A DNA stretch of 64,000 bases from an uncultured Desulfatitalea sp. (GTDB lineage: Bacteria; Desulfobacterota; Desulfobacteria; Desulfobacterales; Desulfosarcinaceae), in assembly GCA_963668675.2 (NCBI GenBank), contig CAXXMB010000002.1:1792001-1856000 (forward strand). The letters run 5' to 3'. The notes under the pieces are model-generated. The model did not search any database, had not been told where the DNA came from, and saw nothing but the letters and a program-made list of their open reading frames with translations. This document shows positions 27,289-36,805 of the stretch, piece after piece. The stretch's first letter is position 1. Every line of letters starts with the position of its first letter. A program made the translations under genes and the position numbers.

Positions 27289-29039
27289 CCTGGATTTTGC
27301 ACATGAACTTGAATAGAAAGTAGAAACCATCCGGGAACCATTGCTATAGTGGGGGTTACGACACCAACCCATAACAGCAAGGAGGTACCCAGATGGTAAA
27401 ATCCAACAAATCAAAAAAGCGTAAAAACCGCAAGAACAAAGGGTTCAACGCAAACGCCGCCAGGACCAGAAAAATCAACGCTTCAACGCCGTATGAAACA
27501 TGCAGCGAGCAGCTAAGCCCATTTGGCGGGCTATTAGCGATGATCAAGTTTTTCGATTTGATCGATTTTGAGAAAATATTCAACGCCACCTATCGTGCGC
27601 CTGCCCGGCAACCCAAGCTGGGCCACTATCCGATGGTGGCAGGGCTTTTGATGCTACTGCTTATAGGGTTTAACCGAATCTGGCATTTTACCTACATTCG
27701 ACTCGATGCAATGCTGTGCGGGTTTTTCAGGCTGACAAAGCTGCCGGTGGCCAGCACTTTCTGGCGTTACCTCGATAGCTGCGGCATCAATCAGGCCCAA
27801 TCCCTTTTAAAGCTGATGAGTATCTTGCGTGAAAGGGTGTGGCAACAGCTCGGGATAAATCATAGCCGGATCTGTATCGATATCGACACCACCGTGGAGA
27901 CGATCTACGGCAATCAGCAAGGCGGCCGGAAAGGTCACAACACCAAAAACCGGGGCAAGAAGGGATACCGACCGGTGCTTTGTTTCATTGAGCAGACCAG
28001 AGAATGTCTTATCGGCAAACTACGAAAAGGTGAAACGCTCAGCGGCAAACAAACGGCCGCTTTTATCGTGCAAACCAAATCCTATCTGCCCGGCTGCGTC
28101 CAAAAGGTTTTATTGCGTGCTGATGGAGAGTTCAACAGTGGGGAGTCTGTCCGGGCTGCCAAAAGCTGCGGATATGACTTTATCATTGCCAACAGGGGAT
28201 GCGACCCGCCCTTTGATCCGGTCTTTTGGTATCGGCCCTTGAAACGCAAAAACATTGAGTATAACAGCTGCGTATATCAGCCCACCGGTTGGGGTGCCCC
28301 GTGCCGTTTTGTAGCCATGCGTATGCCTAAGACCCAGACGGGTTCAAACCAGCAGGTGCAGTGTGTACTCTTTGAGGATGATAACTATACATACCGCATC
28401 TTTTGCACGAGTCTTTCAGGCCCGGCCCACAAAGTGGTCGGTCGGTACGATAAACGAGCGGATGTTGAAAACTTGGTGGGTGAGGCCAAGCGTGAAGGGC
28501 TCGAGGCCATACCATCGGCAAAGTTCAAAAACAACTATGCGTTTTTTCAACTGGTGATGCTCTCTTATAATATTTGGCGCTACATTAAGCTGTTGGCTGC
28601 CATGAGCCAAGCCAAAGAAAAGATGCCGTATTTAAAAGCAGTAGCATCCAATACAATCCGTATTGCCCGGCTGAAGTTGCTTTTTATTGCTGCCAAAGTT
28701 GTCAAAGATCAAAACCGAGATAAGGTGAAATACTCTATACACGACGCAAGGGCACCTGCGATGATCCACTTTCTTAACTTTTTGGATCAAGCGAGATTGA
28801 AACCGAAGCCGTGGCTGCATGCCGCATCTTGATGTGTTTACTTTTTCTTGTGTTGTGATGCAAAATATTTCTTGCACAAAAATTACCTTTAAAGATGGGC
28901 GGATAAGTGAATCATCGGTTTACTGCGCGCCACCAGTTAAGGAAAAAAGCAGATGCGATAAGGTAGAAGAAAAATCTTCAGTATTTTGAAAAAATTGGTT
29001 GCTATGACCATTTATGGCTAAATGCGTGCAAAATTCAGG
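27289..29039 (+). mobile_element. Complete IS1380-family insertion sequence (1751 bp)
   Basis: TIRs CCTGGATTTTGCAC / GTGCAAAATTCAGG; 5-bp TSD TAATA at 27284-27288 and 29040-29044. Confidence 0.93.
27393..28832 (+). CDS. IS1380-family DDE transposase
   Basis: LSPFGGL, IDIDTT, GYRP, LRKG, LLRADGEF, YDKRADVENLVGEAK. Confidence 0.92.
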   Translation: MVKSNKSKKRKNRKNKGFNANAARTRKINASTPYETCSEQLSPFGGLLAMIKFFDLIDFEKIFNATYRAPARQPKLGHYPMVAGLLMLLLIGFNRIWHFTYIRLDAMLCGFFRLTKLPVASTFWRYLDSCGINQAQSLLKLMSILRERVWQQLGINHSRICIDIDTTVETIYGNQQGGRKGHNTKNRGKKGYRPVLCFIEQTRECLIGKLRKGETLSGKQTAAFIVQTKSYLPGCVQKVLLRADGEFNSGESVRAAKSCGYDFIIANRGCDPPFDPVFWYRPLKRKNIEYNSCVYQPTGWGAPCRFVAMRMPKTQTGSNQQVQCVLFEDDNYTYRIFCTSLSGPAHKVVGRYDKRADVENLVGEAKREGLEAIPSAKFKNNYAFFQLVMLSYNIWRYIKLLAAMSQAKEKMPYLKAVASNTIRIARLKLLFIAAKVVKDQNRDKVKYSIHDARAPAMIHFLNFLDQARLKPKPWLHAAS

Positions 29040-29594
29040 TAATAAAATACGGCCAGGATATGATGAGATACGGCTTTCATGAAGTGGGGATGCCAGGCGG
29101 ATCGAGCAAGTACCCGGGGTATAGGAGGGATTTAAGCGATGAGACCATCAAGAAACTAAACACCGAACAGGAATCCTTTATCCGGGCGACTGAAGATCTA
29201 AGACAGACCATATACGAGAAAGAGCTTTATCTGAAGGCCGAACTCGTCAAGAGAGATCCCGACACTGCTGTGGCCCTTGGTTTTCAGAAGATCATTTCTG
29301 AGACTAGGGGAAAATTCGAGCAAAAAATGATTGTGCATTTGATACGTATGAAAAAGATCAATCTGGCGGCCGATAAGAAATAGGACTGCCTAAATCACTT
29401 TGTGACCATCCCTGCTGTCTTCAACGGCGCAGCTATTGATATACAGATGTCCCTCAATCTTCTTTCTACTTGACGCTTTATGGCGTAGCAAAAATCCGGA
29501 TGAACGGCTCTCTTAGAATGATAGGGACGCCATCACAAAAACAGAAAAGCCCTGACAGACCATTTTCTCTTCGTAGGCCTGAAAGGAGGCAAAT

Positions 29595-29885
29595 ATGTAT
29601 ATTTCACTCATCACCACTTTTTTACTTTTCCTGGTAATCGTCATTGCAGCCATACAAAATAGCATGCTTTTGGATCTGAAATTTTTGACATTGGAATTTC
29701 AAATGTCTTTGGCGGCCTTGGTTGTATATTCATCTTTGATCGGCGGGATGATTGTATCGATTCTGACATTGCCAAAATTAATTAGAAAATCCCATCGTGT
29801 AAGAAAGGGCAATAAGGAGATCCATGCATTGCAGGAAAAAATAGTCGTAATGGGAAAGGAACATACCGTTAAGCCGTCGACATAA
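29595..29885 (+). CDS. LapA-domain (DUF1049) membrane protein
   Basis: IAAIQN...LKFL, two TMs, basic coiled tail; AAGGAGG RBS. Confidence 0.75.
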   Translation: MYISLITTFLLFLVIVIAAIQNSMLLDLKFLTLEFQMSLAALVVYSSLIGGMIVSILTLPKLIRKSHRVRKGNKEIHALQEKIVVMGKEHTVKPST

Positions 29886-30005
29886 AGGACTTTCTTTAAA
29901 GGCATGAACGATTATCCGGACAGCTCCTGGTGATTCGAAAGAAACTCTATGAGACGGTGAATAGCTGCTCATTGGAAACATTTACCGAAATGAAAAGAGG
30001 CCAAA

Positions 30006-30131
30006 ATGGGAGACAAGGGGAAAAAGGATAAGGGAAAACGTGAAGAACAGAAAAAAGGCATGCATACAATCAAGGAAAAACGGAAGCAAAAAAAAGACAA
30101 AAACGGTTCCATTTGGTCAACCGAAAAATAA
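30006..30131 (+). CDS. Small lysine-rich protein, 41 aa
   Basis: MGDKGKKDKGKREEQKKGMHTIKEKRKQKKDK...; GAGG RBS; not in ORF track. Confidence 0.55.
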   Translation: MGDKGKKDKGKREEQKKGMHTIKEKRKQKKDKNGSIWSTEK

Positions 30132-30155
30132 GCGACATTCAAAAAGGCAGCGATT

Positions 30156-32477
30156 ATGACATCTGTTATCAAATATTACGACGGCATCGAATCGGTGGCC
30201 GTTATCGGCAACTATCTGCCCCGCCAGTGCGGTATCGCTACGTTCACCACGGATCTGGTTGAAGGCTTGTCGGCCGAAGCCCCTGACATTTTCTGCTGGG
30301 CGGCTGCCATGAACGACAAACCTGAGGGATATCCATATCCGGACAAAGTGCGCTTCGAAATCAACCAAAACAAGTTGACCGATTACAGTGTTGCATCTCA
30401 ATTTCTCAATATCAATCACACAGACATTGTCTGCGTTCAGCATGAATATGGCCTTTTCGGCGGTCCGGCCGGCAGCCATCTGCTGAAACTGTTAGGTGAC
30501 CTGCGCATGCCGGTGGTGACGACGCTGCATACGATTCTGAAAGATCCTGCTCCCGAATATCGGGAGGTGATGTGCAAATTGTCCGATCTTTCCGACAAAC
30601 TGGTGGTAATGAGCCATAAAGCCTCTGACATGCTCAAAGATATCTATGCAATACCCGAGGAGAAAATCGTCTTTATCCATCATGGCATCCCGGACACGCC
30701 GTTTATCGATTCAAGTTTTTACAAAGACAAGTTCGGTGTGGAAGGTAAAAAGGTGCTGCTTACCTTCGGCTTGCTCTCTTCAAACAAGGGCATCGAAAAT
30801 GTTCTTCAGGCGCTTCCGACAGTCATTAAAAATCACCCTGACGTGGTCTATATTATTTTAGGTGCGACCCACCCGCATATCCTCAAGTCGCAAGGGGATG
30901 CCTACCGAATCATGCTGCAGCAGCTTGTGCGCAAACTCGGAATCAGCGAACATGTCATTTTTCAAAACCGTTTTGTGGGATTAAGAGAGCTATGCGAGTA
31001 TCTTGGCACCGCCGATATCTATATCACCCCTTATCTTGATGAAGCCCAGATTACCTCCGGCACCCTTGCCTATGCCATGGGTACAGGCAAAGCCATCATT
31101 TCAACGCCTTACTGGTATGCCACCGAGATGCTTGACGAAGGCAGGGGACGAATTGTGCCTTTTCGCAATTCGGATGCCATCGCGGAACAAATTGTCGATC
31201 TTCTGGACAACGATGTCGACCGGCATGCAATGCGCAAAAAAGCCTATACCTTCAGTCGGGAAGCGATTTGGAAGGAGGTGTCCCGAAAATACCTACAGGT
31301 TTTCAGTCAAGTGCGGCAAAACCGCACCCGGCATCCCCGCCCCCGGCACTCCTATGTTGAAAACATCAAGGCCATCACCAGTTTCGAGCTTCCGGAGATC
31401 AAGCTCGATCACCTGAAAGCCTTTACCGATGATACGGGTATGTTGCAGCACGCCAACTATACCATCCCCGATCGAACCCATGGCTACTGCACCGATGACA
31501 ATGCCAGAGCGCTGCTGGTTGCCGCCATGGGACAAAAATTCCTCCCGACAAACGGCTTTGGGCTCGACGTTTTAAGCGGTCATTATCTCGGATTTCTTCT
31601 GTATGCCTATAATGAAAAAAAAGGGCGCTTTCGCAATTTCCTGACCTATTCGCGGCAATGGACGGAGGAGATAGGGTCCGAGGATGCTCACGGAAGAGCG
31701 CTCTGGTGTCTCGGCAAAGCAGTCTCTTTTCTTAGCGATCCCGGCCATCTCGCCATGAGCACCACCCTTTTCAAAAAAGCATTGAGCGTGGTCGAAAATT
31801 TTCGTTCGCCGCGTGCCATCGCTTTTTGTCTGGTGGGCATTCATGCTTACCTGGATAAATTCTCAGGCGACAGTGATGTGCGCAGAATAGGGGAAAGTCT
31901 CGCTGACAGACTTTTCAATCAGTTTAAAAATAACGCAACAGACGAATGGCCCTGGCTTGAAAACAATCTGAACTATGCCAACGGCAAACTGCCTCAGGCG
32001 TTGTTGATGTCCGGCCATCGCATGCATCGCAATGATATGATCGATATGGGACTGCTCTCCCTCAAGTGGCTGATTGCCACCCAGACCGAGGACAATCACT
32101 TTGTTCCCATCGGCAGCGACGGCTGGTACGAGAAGGGAGGACACAAGGCGCGTTTTGATCAGCAGCCCATAGAAGCCAAGGCCATGGTTGAAGCCTGTGT
32201 CGAAGCGTATAATGTGACCCGGCAGCAGGCATGGTTTGGGCATGCCGTCATGTGCTTCAATTGGTTTCTTGGACACAATGATCTGAACATGCCCCTCTAT
32301 GACCCCAAAACCGGGGGCTGTCGAGATGGATTGATGGCAGACGGCATCAATCAGAATGAAGGCGCCGAGTCTACTCTGGCCTGGCTGCTTTCGTTGATGA
32401 CATTGCAAAAGCTCTATGCTGACGAAACGCTAAACCAGTGGTCTTCACAAAAACCGACCACCATTAAGGAGTCGTGA
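30156..32477 (+). CDS. GT4 glycosyltransferase fused to a six-hairpin glycosidase-like domain
   Basis: GNYLPRQCGIATFT, QHEYG, ITSGTLAYA; C-terminal GYCTDDNARAL, FDQQPIE, NQNEGAEST. Confidence 0.9.
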   Translation: MTSVIKYYDGIESVAVIGNYLPRQCGIATFTTDLVEGLSAEAPDIFCWAAAMNDKPEGYPYPDKVRFEINQNKLTDYSVASQFLNINHTDIVCVQHEYGLFGGPAGSHLLKLLGDLRMPVVTTLHTILKDPAPEYREVMCKLSDLSDKLVVMSHKASDMLKDIYAIPEEKIVFIHHGIPDTPFIDSSFYKDKFGVEGKKVLLTFGLLSSNKGIENVLQALPTVIKNHPDVVYIILGATHPHILKSQGDAYRIMLQQLVRKLGISEHVIFQNRFVGLRELCEYLGTADIYITPYLDEAQITSGTLAYAMGTGKAIISTPYWYATEMLDEGRGRIVPFRNSDAIAEQIVDLLDNDVDRHAMRKKAYTFSREAIWKEVSRKYLQVFSQVRQNRTRHPRPRHSYVENIKAITSFELPEIKLDHLKAFTDDTGMLQHANYTIPDRTHGYCTDDNARALLVAAMGQKFLPTNGFGLDVLSGHYLGFLLYAYNEKKGRFRNFLTYSRQWTEEIGSEDAHGRALWCLGKAVSFLSDPGHLAMSTTLFKKALSVVENFRSPRAIAFCLVGIHAYLDKFSGDSDVRRIGESLADRLFNQFKNNATDEWPWLENNLNYANGKLPQALLMSGHRMHRNDMIDMGLLSLKWLIATQTEDNHFVPIGSDGWYEKGGHKARFDQQPIEAKAMVEACVEAYNVTRQQAWFGHAVMCFNWFLGHNDLNMPLYDPKTGGCRDGLMADGINQNEGAESTLAWLLSLMTLQKLYADETLNQWSSQKPTTIKES

Positions 32478-33496
32478 TGCGAATTGCCATGCTCTCGCCC
32501 ATTGCCTGGCGCACGCCGCCACGTCACTACGGCCCCTGGGAAAACGTGGCCTCCCTTATAACCGAGGGGCTGGTGTCGCACGGTCACGATGTAACCCTTT
32601 TTGCGACCGCCGATTCGCAGACCTCTGCCAAACTGCATGCGGTTTGCCACCAGGGATATGAAGAAGATCGATCCATGATACCAAAGGTCTGGGAGTGCCT
32701 TCACATTTCAGAACTTTTCGAGCATGCCGGTGCATACGACCTGATCCATAACCATTTTGATTTCCTGCCGCTGACGTATAGCGGCCTGACTGCGACCCCG
32801 GTGGTAACCACCATTCACGGTTTTTCATCGCCTGGGATTCTACCCGTTTACAAAAAGTACAATCATAAAGTCTCCTATGTCTCCATCAGCGACGCGGACC
32901 GCTCGCCGGACCTTGAATATATCAAAACCATTTATCACGGCATCGATATCACGCAATTTGACTTTCAACCTGCCGCCGACGATTATCTACTCTTTTTCGG
33001 ACGTATCCACAAAGACAAGGGCGCTCGACAAGCCATTGAAATCGCCGGGGCCTGCAGTAAAAAATTGATATTGGCCGGGATTATTCAGGATCAGGCCCAC
33101 TTTGACCAGCATATCGCCCCACACCTCGACGACCACAAGGTGACATATATCGGAAGCGTCGGACCGGTTGAGCGCAGCGGACTGTTGGGAAAAGCCTGCG
33201 CGCTATTGCATCCCATACAGTTTGATGAACCTTTCGGTCTGTCCGTTATCGAATCCATGGCCTGTGGCACGCCCGTGATCGCTTTTAACAGGGGCAGCAT
33301 GCCCGAGCTGATCGAAGACGGTAAAAACGGCTTTCTGGTCACCAACGTGGAAGAGGCTGTAGAGGCGGTGGCGCACATTCAAGAGATTGATCGCGCGGCC
33401 TGCCGCCGCCATGTTGAACGGCATTTCACCGTGGACCGCATGATTCGCGAATACATCCAGGTCTATGAAATGATATTACAGGACAGACGGCCATGA
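32474..33496 (+). CDS. GT4 glycosyltransferase
   Basis: TPPRHYGPWE, FGRIHKDKG, EPFGLSVIESMACGTPV. Confidence 0.92.
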   Translation: MMRIAMLSPIAWRTPPRHYGPWENVASLITEGLVSHGHDVTLFATADSQTSAKLHAVCHQGYEEDRSMIPKVWECLHISELFEHAGAYDLIHNHFDFLPLTYSGLTATPVVTTIHGFSSPGILPVYKKYNHKVSYVSISDADRSPDLEYIKTIYHGIDITQFDFQPAADDYLLFFGRIHKDKGARQAIEIAGACSKKLILAGIIQDQAHFDQHIAPHLDDHKVTYIGSVGPVERSGLLGKACALLHPIQFDEPFGLSVIESMACGTPVIAFNRGSMPELIEDGKNGFLVTNVEEAVEAVAHIQEIDRAACRRHVERHFTVDRMIREYIQVYEMILQDRRP

Positions 33497-34434
33497 AAAT
33501 GCATCACCCCATTATCACCCGTTTTAAAAACAACCCCATACTGACCAGTAAAGATGTACCGTATGCGGTGTGTACGGTCCACAATGCCGGAGTCGCCAAA
33601 TACCGTGATCGTTATATTATGCTTTTTCGGTCGCATCTGTTAAACGGCCGCTCCATCATCGGCAGGGCCGACAGTGAAGATGGGTTTGATTTTAAGGTTC
33701 ACCCCAAACCCTTTCTTGAGCCGGCAACGGAACCTGTGTTTGGCGAATATGAAGCGTTCGGGGTCGAAGATCTGCGGATTTCCCCTGTAGAAGATGCCTA
33801 CCTGCTGACTTACAGCGCCTATTCCCGTCATGGTGTGCGGATTGCTCTGGCGCGCACCAAGGATTTTGAAAAAGTGGAACGAATTGCACTGATCACCCAG
33901 GCCGATCTGCGCAACGTGGTTATCTTTCCCGAAAAGTTCGGCGATCGGTATGTGCGTCTGGACCGGCCGCATTCCGAAATTTCCCCCTGGTCGATTTGGG
34001 TGACCTATTCACCGGACCTCATACACTGGGGCGATTCCCGGGTGATCATGAAACCGGTGGCGTACCACTGGGATGAATTGAAAATCGGGCCCGGCGCGCC
34101 GCCGTTTAAGACGGATCAAGGCTGGCTTCATATCTACCATGGTGTTTTTAAAACCATGTCCGGAACAGTCTATCGCCTCGGCGTGGCCCTTCATGCGCTT
34201 GACGATCCAGCCAACATTATCGGCGTTTCCGATCAGTGGATATTGCAGCCCGAGGCACCATGGGAAGTGAGCGGCTATGTCCCCAATGTCGTCTTTACCT
34301 GCGGTGCTGTACCGGAAGACGACGGCACGGTGAAAATTTACTGGGGTGGTGCGGATACGGTCATGTGTGTCGGCACGGCGGTAATCGATGAATTGGTGGC
34401 CCTCTGCCTCTCGGCGCGCCGTCCGCCGATGTAA
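33493..34434 (+). CDS. GH130 glycoside hydrolase/phosphorylase
   Basis: NPIL, GVEDLRI, RNVVIFPEK, RLDRP, KIGPGAPP, GYVPNVVF, YWGGAD. Confidence 0.9.
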   Translation: MKMHHPIITRFKNNPILTSKDVPYAVCTVHNAGVAKYRDRYIMLFRSHLLNGRSIIGRADSEDGFDFKVHPKPFLEPATEPVFGEYEAFGVEDLRISPVEDAYLLTYSAYSRHGVRIALARTKDFEKVERIALITQADLRNVVIFPEKFGDRYVRLDRPHSEISPWSIWVTYSPDLIHWGDSRVIMKPVAYHWDELKIGPGAPPFKTDQGWLHIYHGVFKTMSGTVYRLGVALHALDDPANIIGVSDQWILQPEAPWEVSGYVPNVVFTCGAVPEDDGTVKIYWGGADTVMCVGTAVIDELVALCLSARRPPM

Positions 34435-34593
34435 ATTCTTATTCCCGGATGAGATCGGCCGGGGAGTACAGTTCTTGTTTTATGAACTGATCGAAAAATG
34501 TCTCCTCTGTCAGTTGGAATGGTAGATCATTCTTGATGAACAAATTCTCAATGCAACGCACTTAAGGTTAATAGACATTTAGGACACAAGGAT

Positions 34594-36075
34594 ATGCAAG
34601 CAAAAAAATCACAACGGCTCGAAGTCAAACGAAAAGCAATTAAGATCACAGGAGATACGTCACGGGTCATTACCCGTCTTCATCTTCCCGATGACAGGCA
34701 TCGCATCTCCAAGATCATTCAACGAATATTGAGCCTGTCTGAAACTGTTGCGCACAATTTATCTGCTCAAATAGCGATCGACTTTTCCCGTCGACACGAA
34801 GACCTCGGGCATGTTTTTGAGCGACATCTGAACATGGTGAAAGAGTATCTTCCACGAAATGCAGTGCTCAGCGATGTTCAAAAAACCCTTATCGGCGCCT
34901 ATTTTACAAAGGAGTACTCGATCGAATCGGCTGCCCTTTTTAACCCTTCCATCGTCCCTCATCCGGATCAAAGTCATCTGGATAAAGGCAGCGTGCGGTT
35001 TATCATGAGCCTGCGGGCAACCGGCGAAGGCCATGTTTCGTCCATTGTATTTCGCAGCGGCATCCTTGACCGGCACAATGCGTTCCTTTTCGACCCGATC
35101 AGTGATTTTGTGGAGACGCCGGATCTGAAACTGGACCCTGTCTACAAGCGTAATGTTTTCGAGCGTAAGCTAAACGAGATGGGGGCCGGCAGCGAGATAG
35201 TTGTTTACATTCTTAACCAGATGCCGGGAGACTTTACTTATAGTCAATTGATAGAGACGATTGGAATACTTCGTTCACAACCTAAATTTTCCTCGGAGCT
35301 CCAAAACAAGAGCTTCAAGATCATGAGCTGGCTTGCAAAATCCAATTATGAGGTGAGCTTCCACCCCGACCACCGTATATCCGAACGGGTGATTTTTCCT
35401 GTTTCGAAAAATGAAAGCAGAGGCATTGAAGATGCCCGGTTTGTGCAATTTTTCGATAATCGACAAGAAGTTACATATTATGCGACCTATACCGCATATA
35501 ACGGCATTACCATTTTACCGCAGTTAATTGAAACAAAAGACTTTGTAAAATTTAACGTATTAACGCTAAACGGAAAAGCAGTACAAAACAAAGGCATGGC
35601 TCTTTTCCCAAGGAAAATTGGCGGCCGGTATGCCATGCTCTCGCGTCAGGACGGTGAAAACAATCACATCATGTTCTCGGACAATATTCATTTCTGGCAA
35701 AAGGCTCAAATCATCCAGGAGCCTGAATTTCCATGGGAGTTCATCCAAATAGGCAACTGCGGCTCCCCCTTGGAGACCGATAAGGGCTGGATCGTGCTCA
35801 CCCACGGCGTCGGGCCGATGCGCCAGTATTGCATCGGTGCCATCCTGCTTGATCTTGAAAATCCAAATAGAGTCATTGCCCGCCTGGATGAGCCACTGCT
35901 TGTCCCTCATGAAAAAGAACGTGAGGGATATGTCCCCAATGTTGTCTATTCGTGCGGTGCGATCATTCATAACACCGAACTGGTCATTCCATATGCCATG
36001 TCCGATATCAATTCTGGTATAGCAACTGTACCTCTTGAGAAGTTGCTTGGCCGTATGCGTTCCCTAGAAAAATGA
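34594..36075 (+). CDS. GH130 family protein (long form)
   Basis: EYSIESAALFNPSIV, GEGHVSS, GIEDARFV, NKGMALFPRK, EREGYVPNVVYSCG. Confidence 0.9.
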   Translation: MQAKKSQRLEVKRKAIKITGDTSRVITRLHLPDDRHRISKIIQRILSLSETVAHNLSAQIAIDFSRRHEDLGHVFERHLNMVKEYLPRNAVLSDVQKTLIGAYFTKEYSIESAALFNPSIVPHPDQSHLDKGSVRFIMSLRATGEGHVSSIVFRSGILDRHNAFLFDPISDFVETPDLKLDPVYKRNVFERKLNEMGAGSEIVVYILNQMPGDFTYSQLIETIGILRSQPKFSSELQNKSFKIMSWLAKSNYEVSFHPDHRISERVIFPVSKNESRGIEDARFVQFFDNRQEVTYYATYTAYNGITILPQLIETKDFVKFNVLTLNGKAVQNKGMALFPRKIGGRYAMLSRQDGENNHIMFSDNIHFWQKAQIIQEPEFPWEFIQIGNCGSPLETDKGWIVLTHGVGPMRQYCIGAILLDLENPNRVIARLDEPLLVPHEKEREGYVPNVVYSCGAIIHNTELVIPYAMSDINSGIATVPLEKLLGRMRSLEK

Positions 36076-36805
36076 GTCTGAACCATATATAGAGCGAGAT
36101 AGTTAAGCGCCTTCGGATTACATCGGCTTGAGAAACATTTTCTCAGACTGCAGGTGGAAACATCCGTTTCGACTCTTCATCCGCCGGAAAAAGGGATTTC
36201 ATACGCAGCTCTTGTGTTGTTAAATCCAAAGGAATTCAAAAGGGTGTCATTGCGGTAAAAGACTTGCTTTCAATGCATTATTCACAGTTAACATTCTTAA
36301 ATGAAATCTTTACGAACGCACATATGAGCAAAGCCATCAGCCGGTTGCTGGAAGCGTGGGGATACAAAATCGACCGAAAAGCGATCAAGCCGGAAGCCAT
36401 CCAGGAGACCGAACAGATGATTGCCGCCAACGCACTGATGGGAGCTGTACCGGTCATAGGCGTAGATGGGTCCGAATGGTCCGCAAATAACTCCCTTTGG
36501 CAAAAAATCAATGCTGCCATTATCCCTCGATGGAAAAAGATCCATTGCGGTAGCAAGTAAGCAGATCGTTCATCCGCACCTTTAGAAATTGGCATGTAAT
36601 CACCAATTCAAGCGAGCCGTATGCTCCTTAAAATTTTATGAATCCCACCCAAAACGGACCTCCACAACTAGAAACTGCCAAATCTACAGACTTTCAAGTT
36701 TTTTGATGTGCAGCCGATACCAACCTATATGGACAGATATGAAAAGGCCATGAACATTTTTTATGGCTATTTGTTCAAATTCCCCAGGGCGCATGGAAGT
36801 TTCAG

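Larger units (their letters stand above)
27130..29383 (+). pseudogene. ZraP/Spy/CpxP-like periplasmic protein interrupted by IS1380
   Basis: MRTKRIHLISILLAMVF...QDPDELI joins in frame to KYGQDMMRYG...LSDETIKKL..EQESFIRATEDLRQTIYEKELYLKAEL..DPD once the IS and one TAATA are removed. Confidence 0.8.

Noticed and set aside
36100..36600. ORF 36264-36560 as a possible transposase fragment
   Set aside because: No motif or inverted repeats I can support
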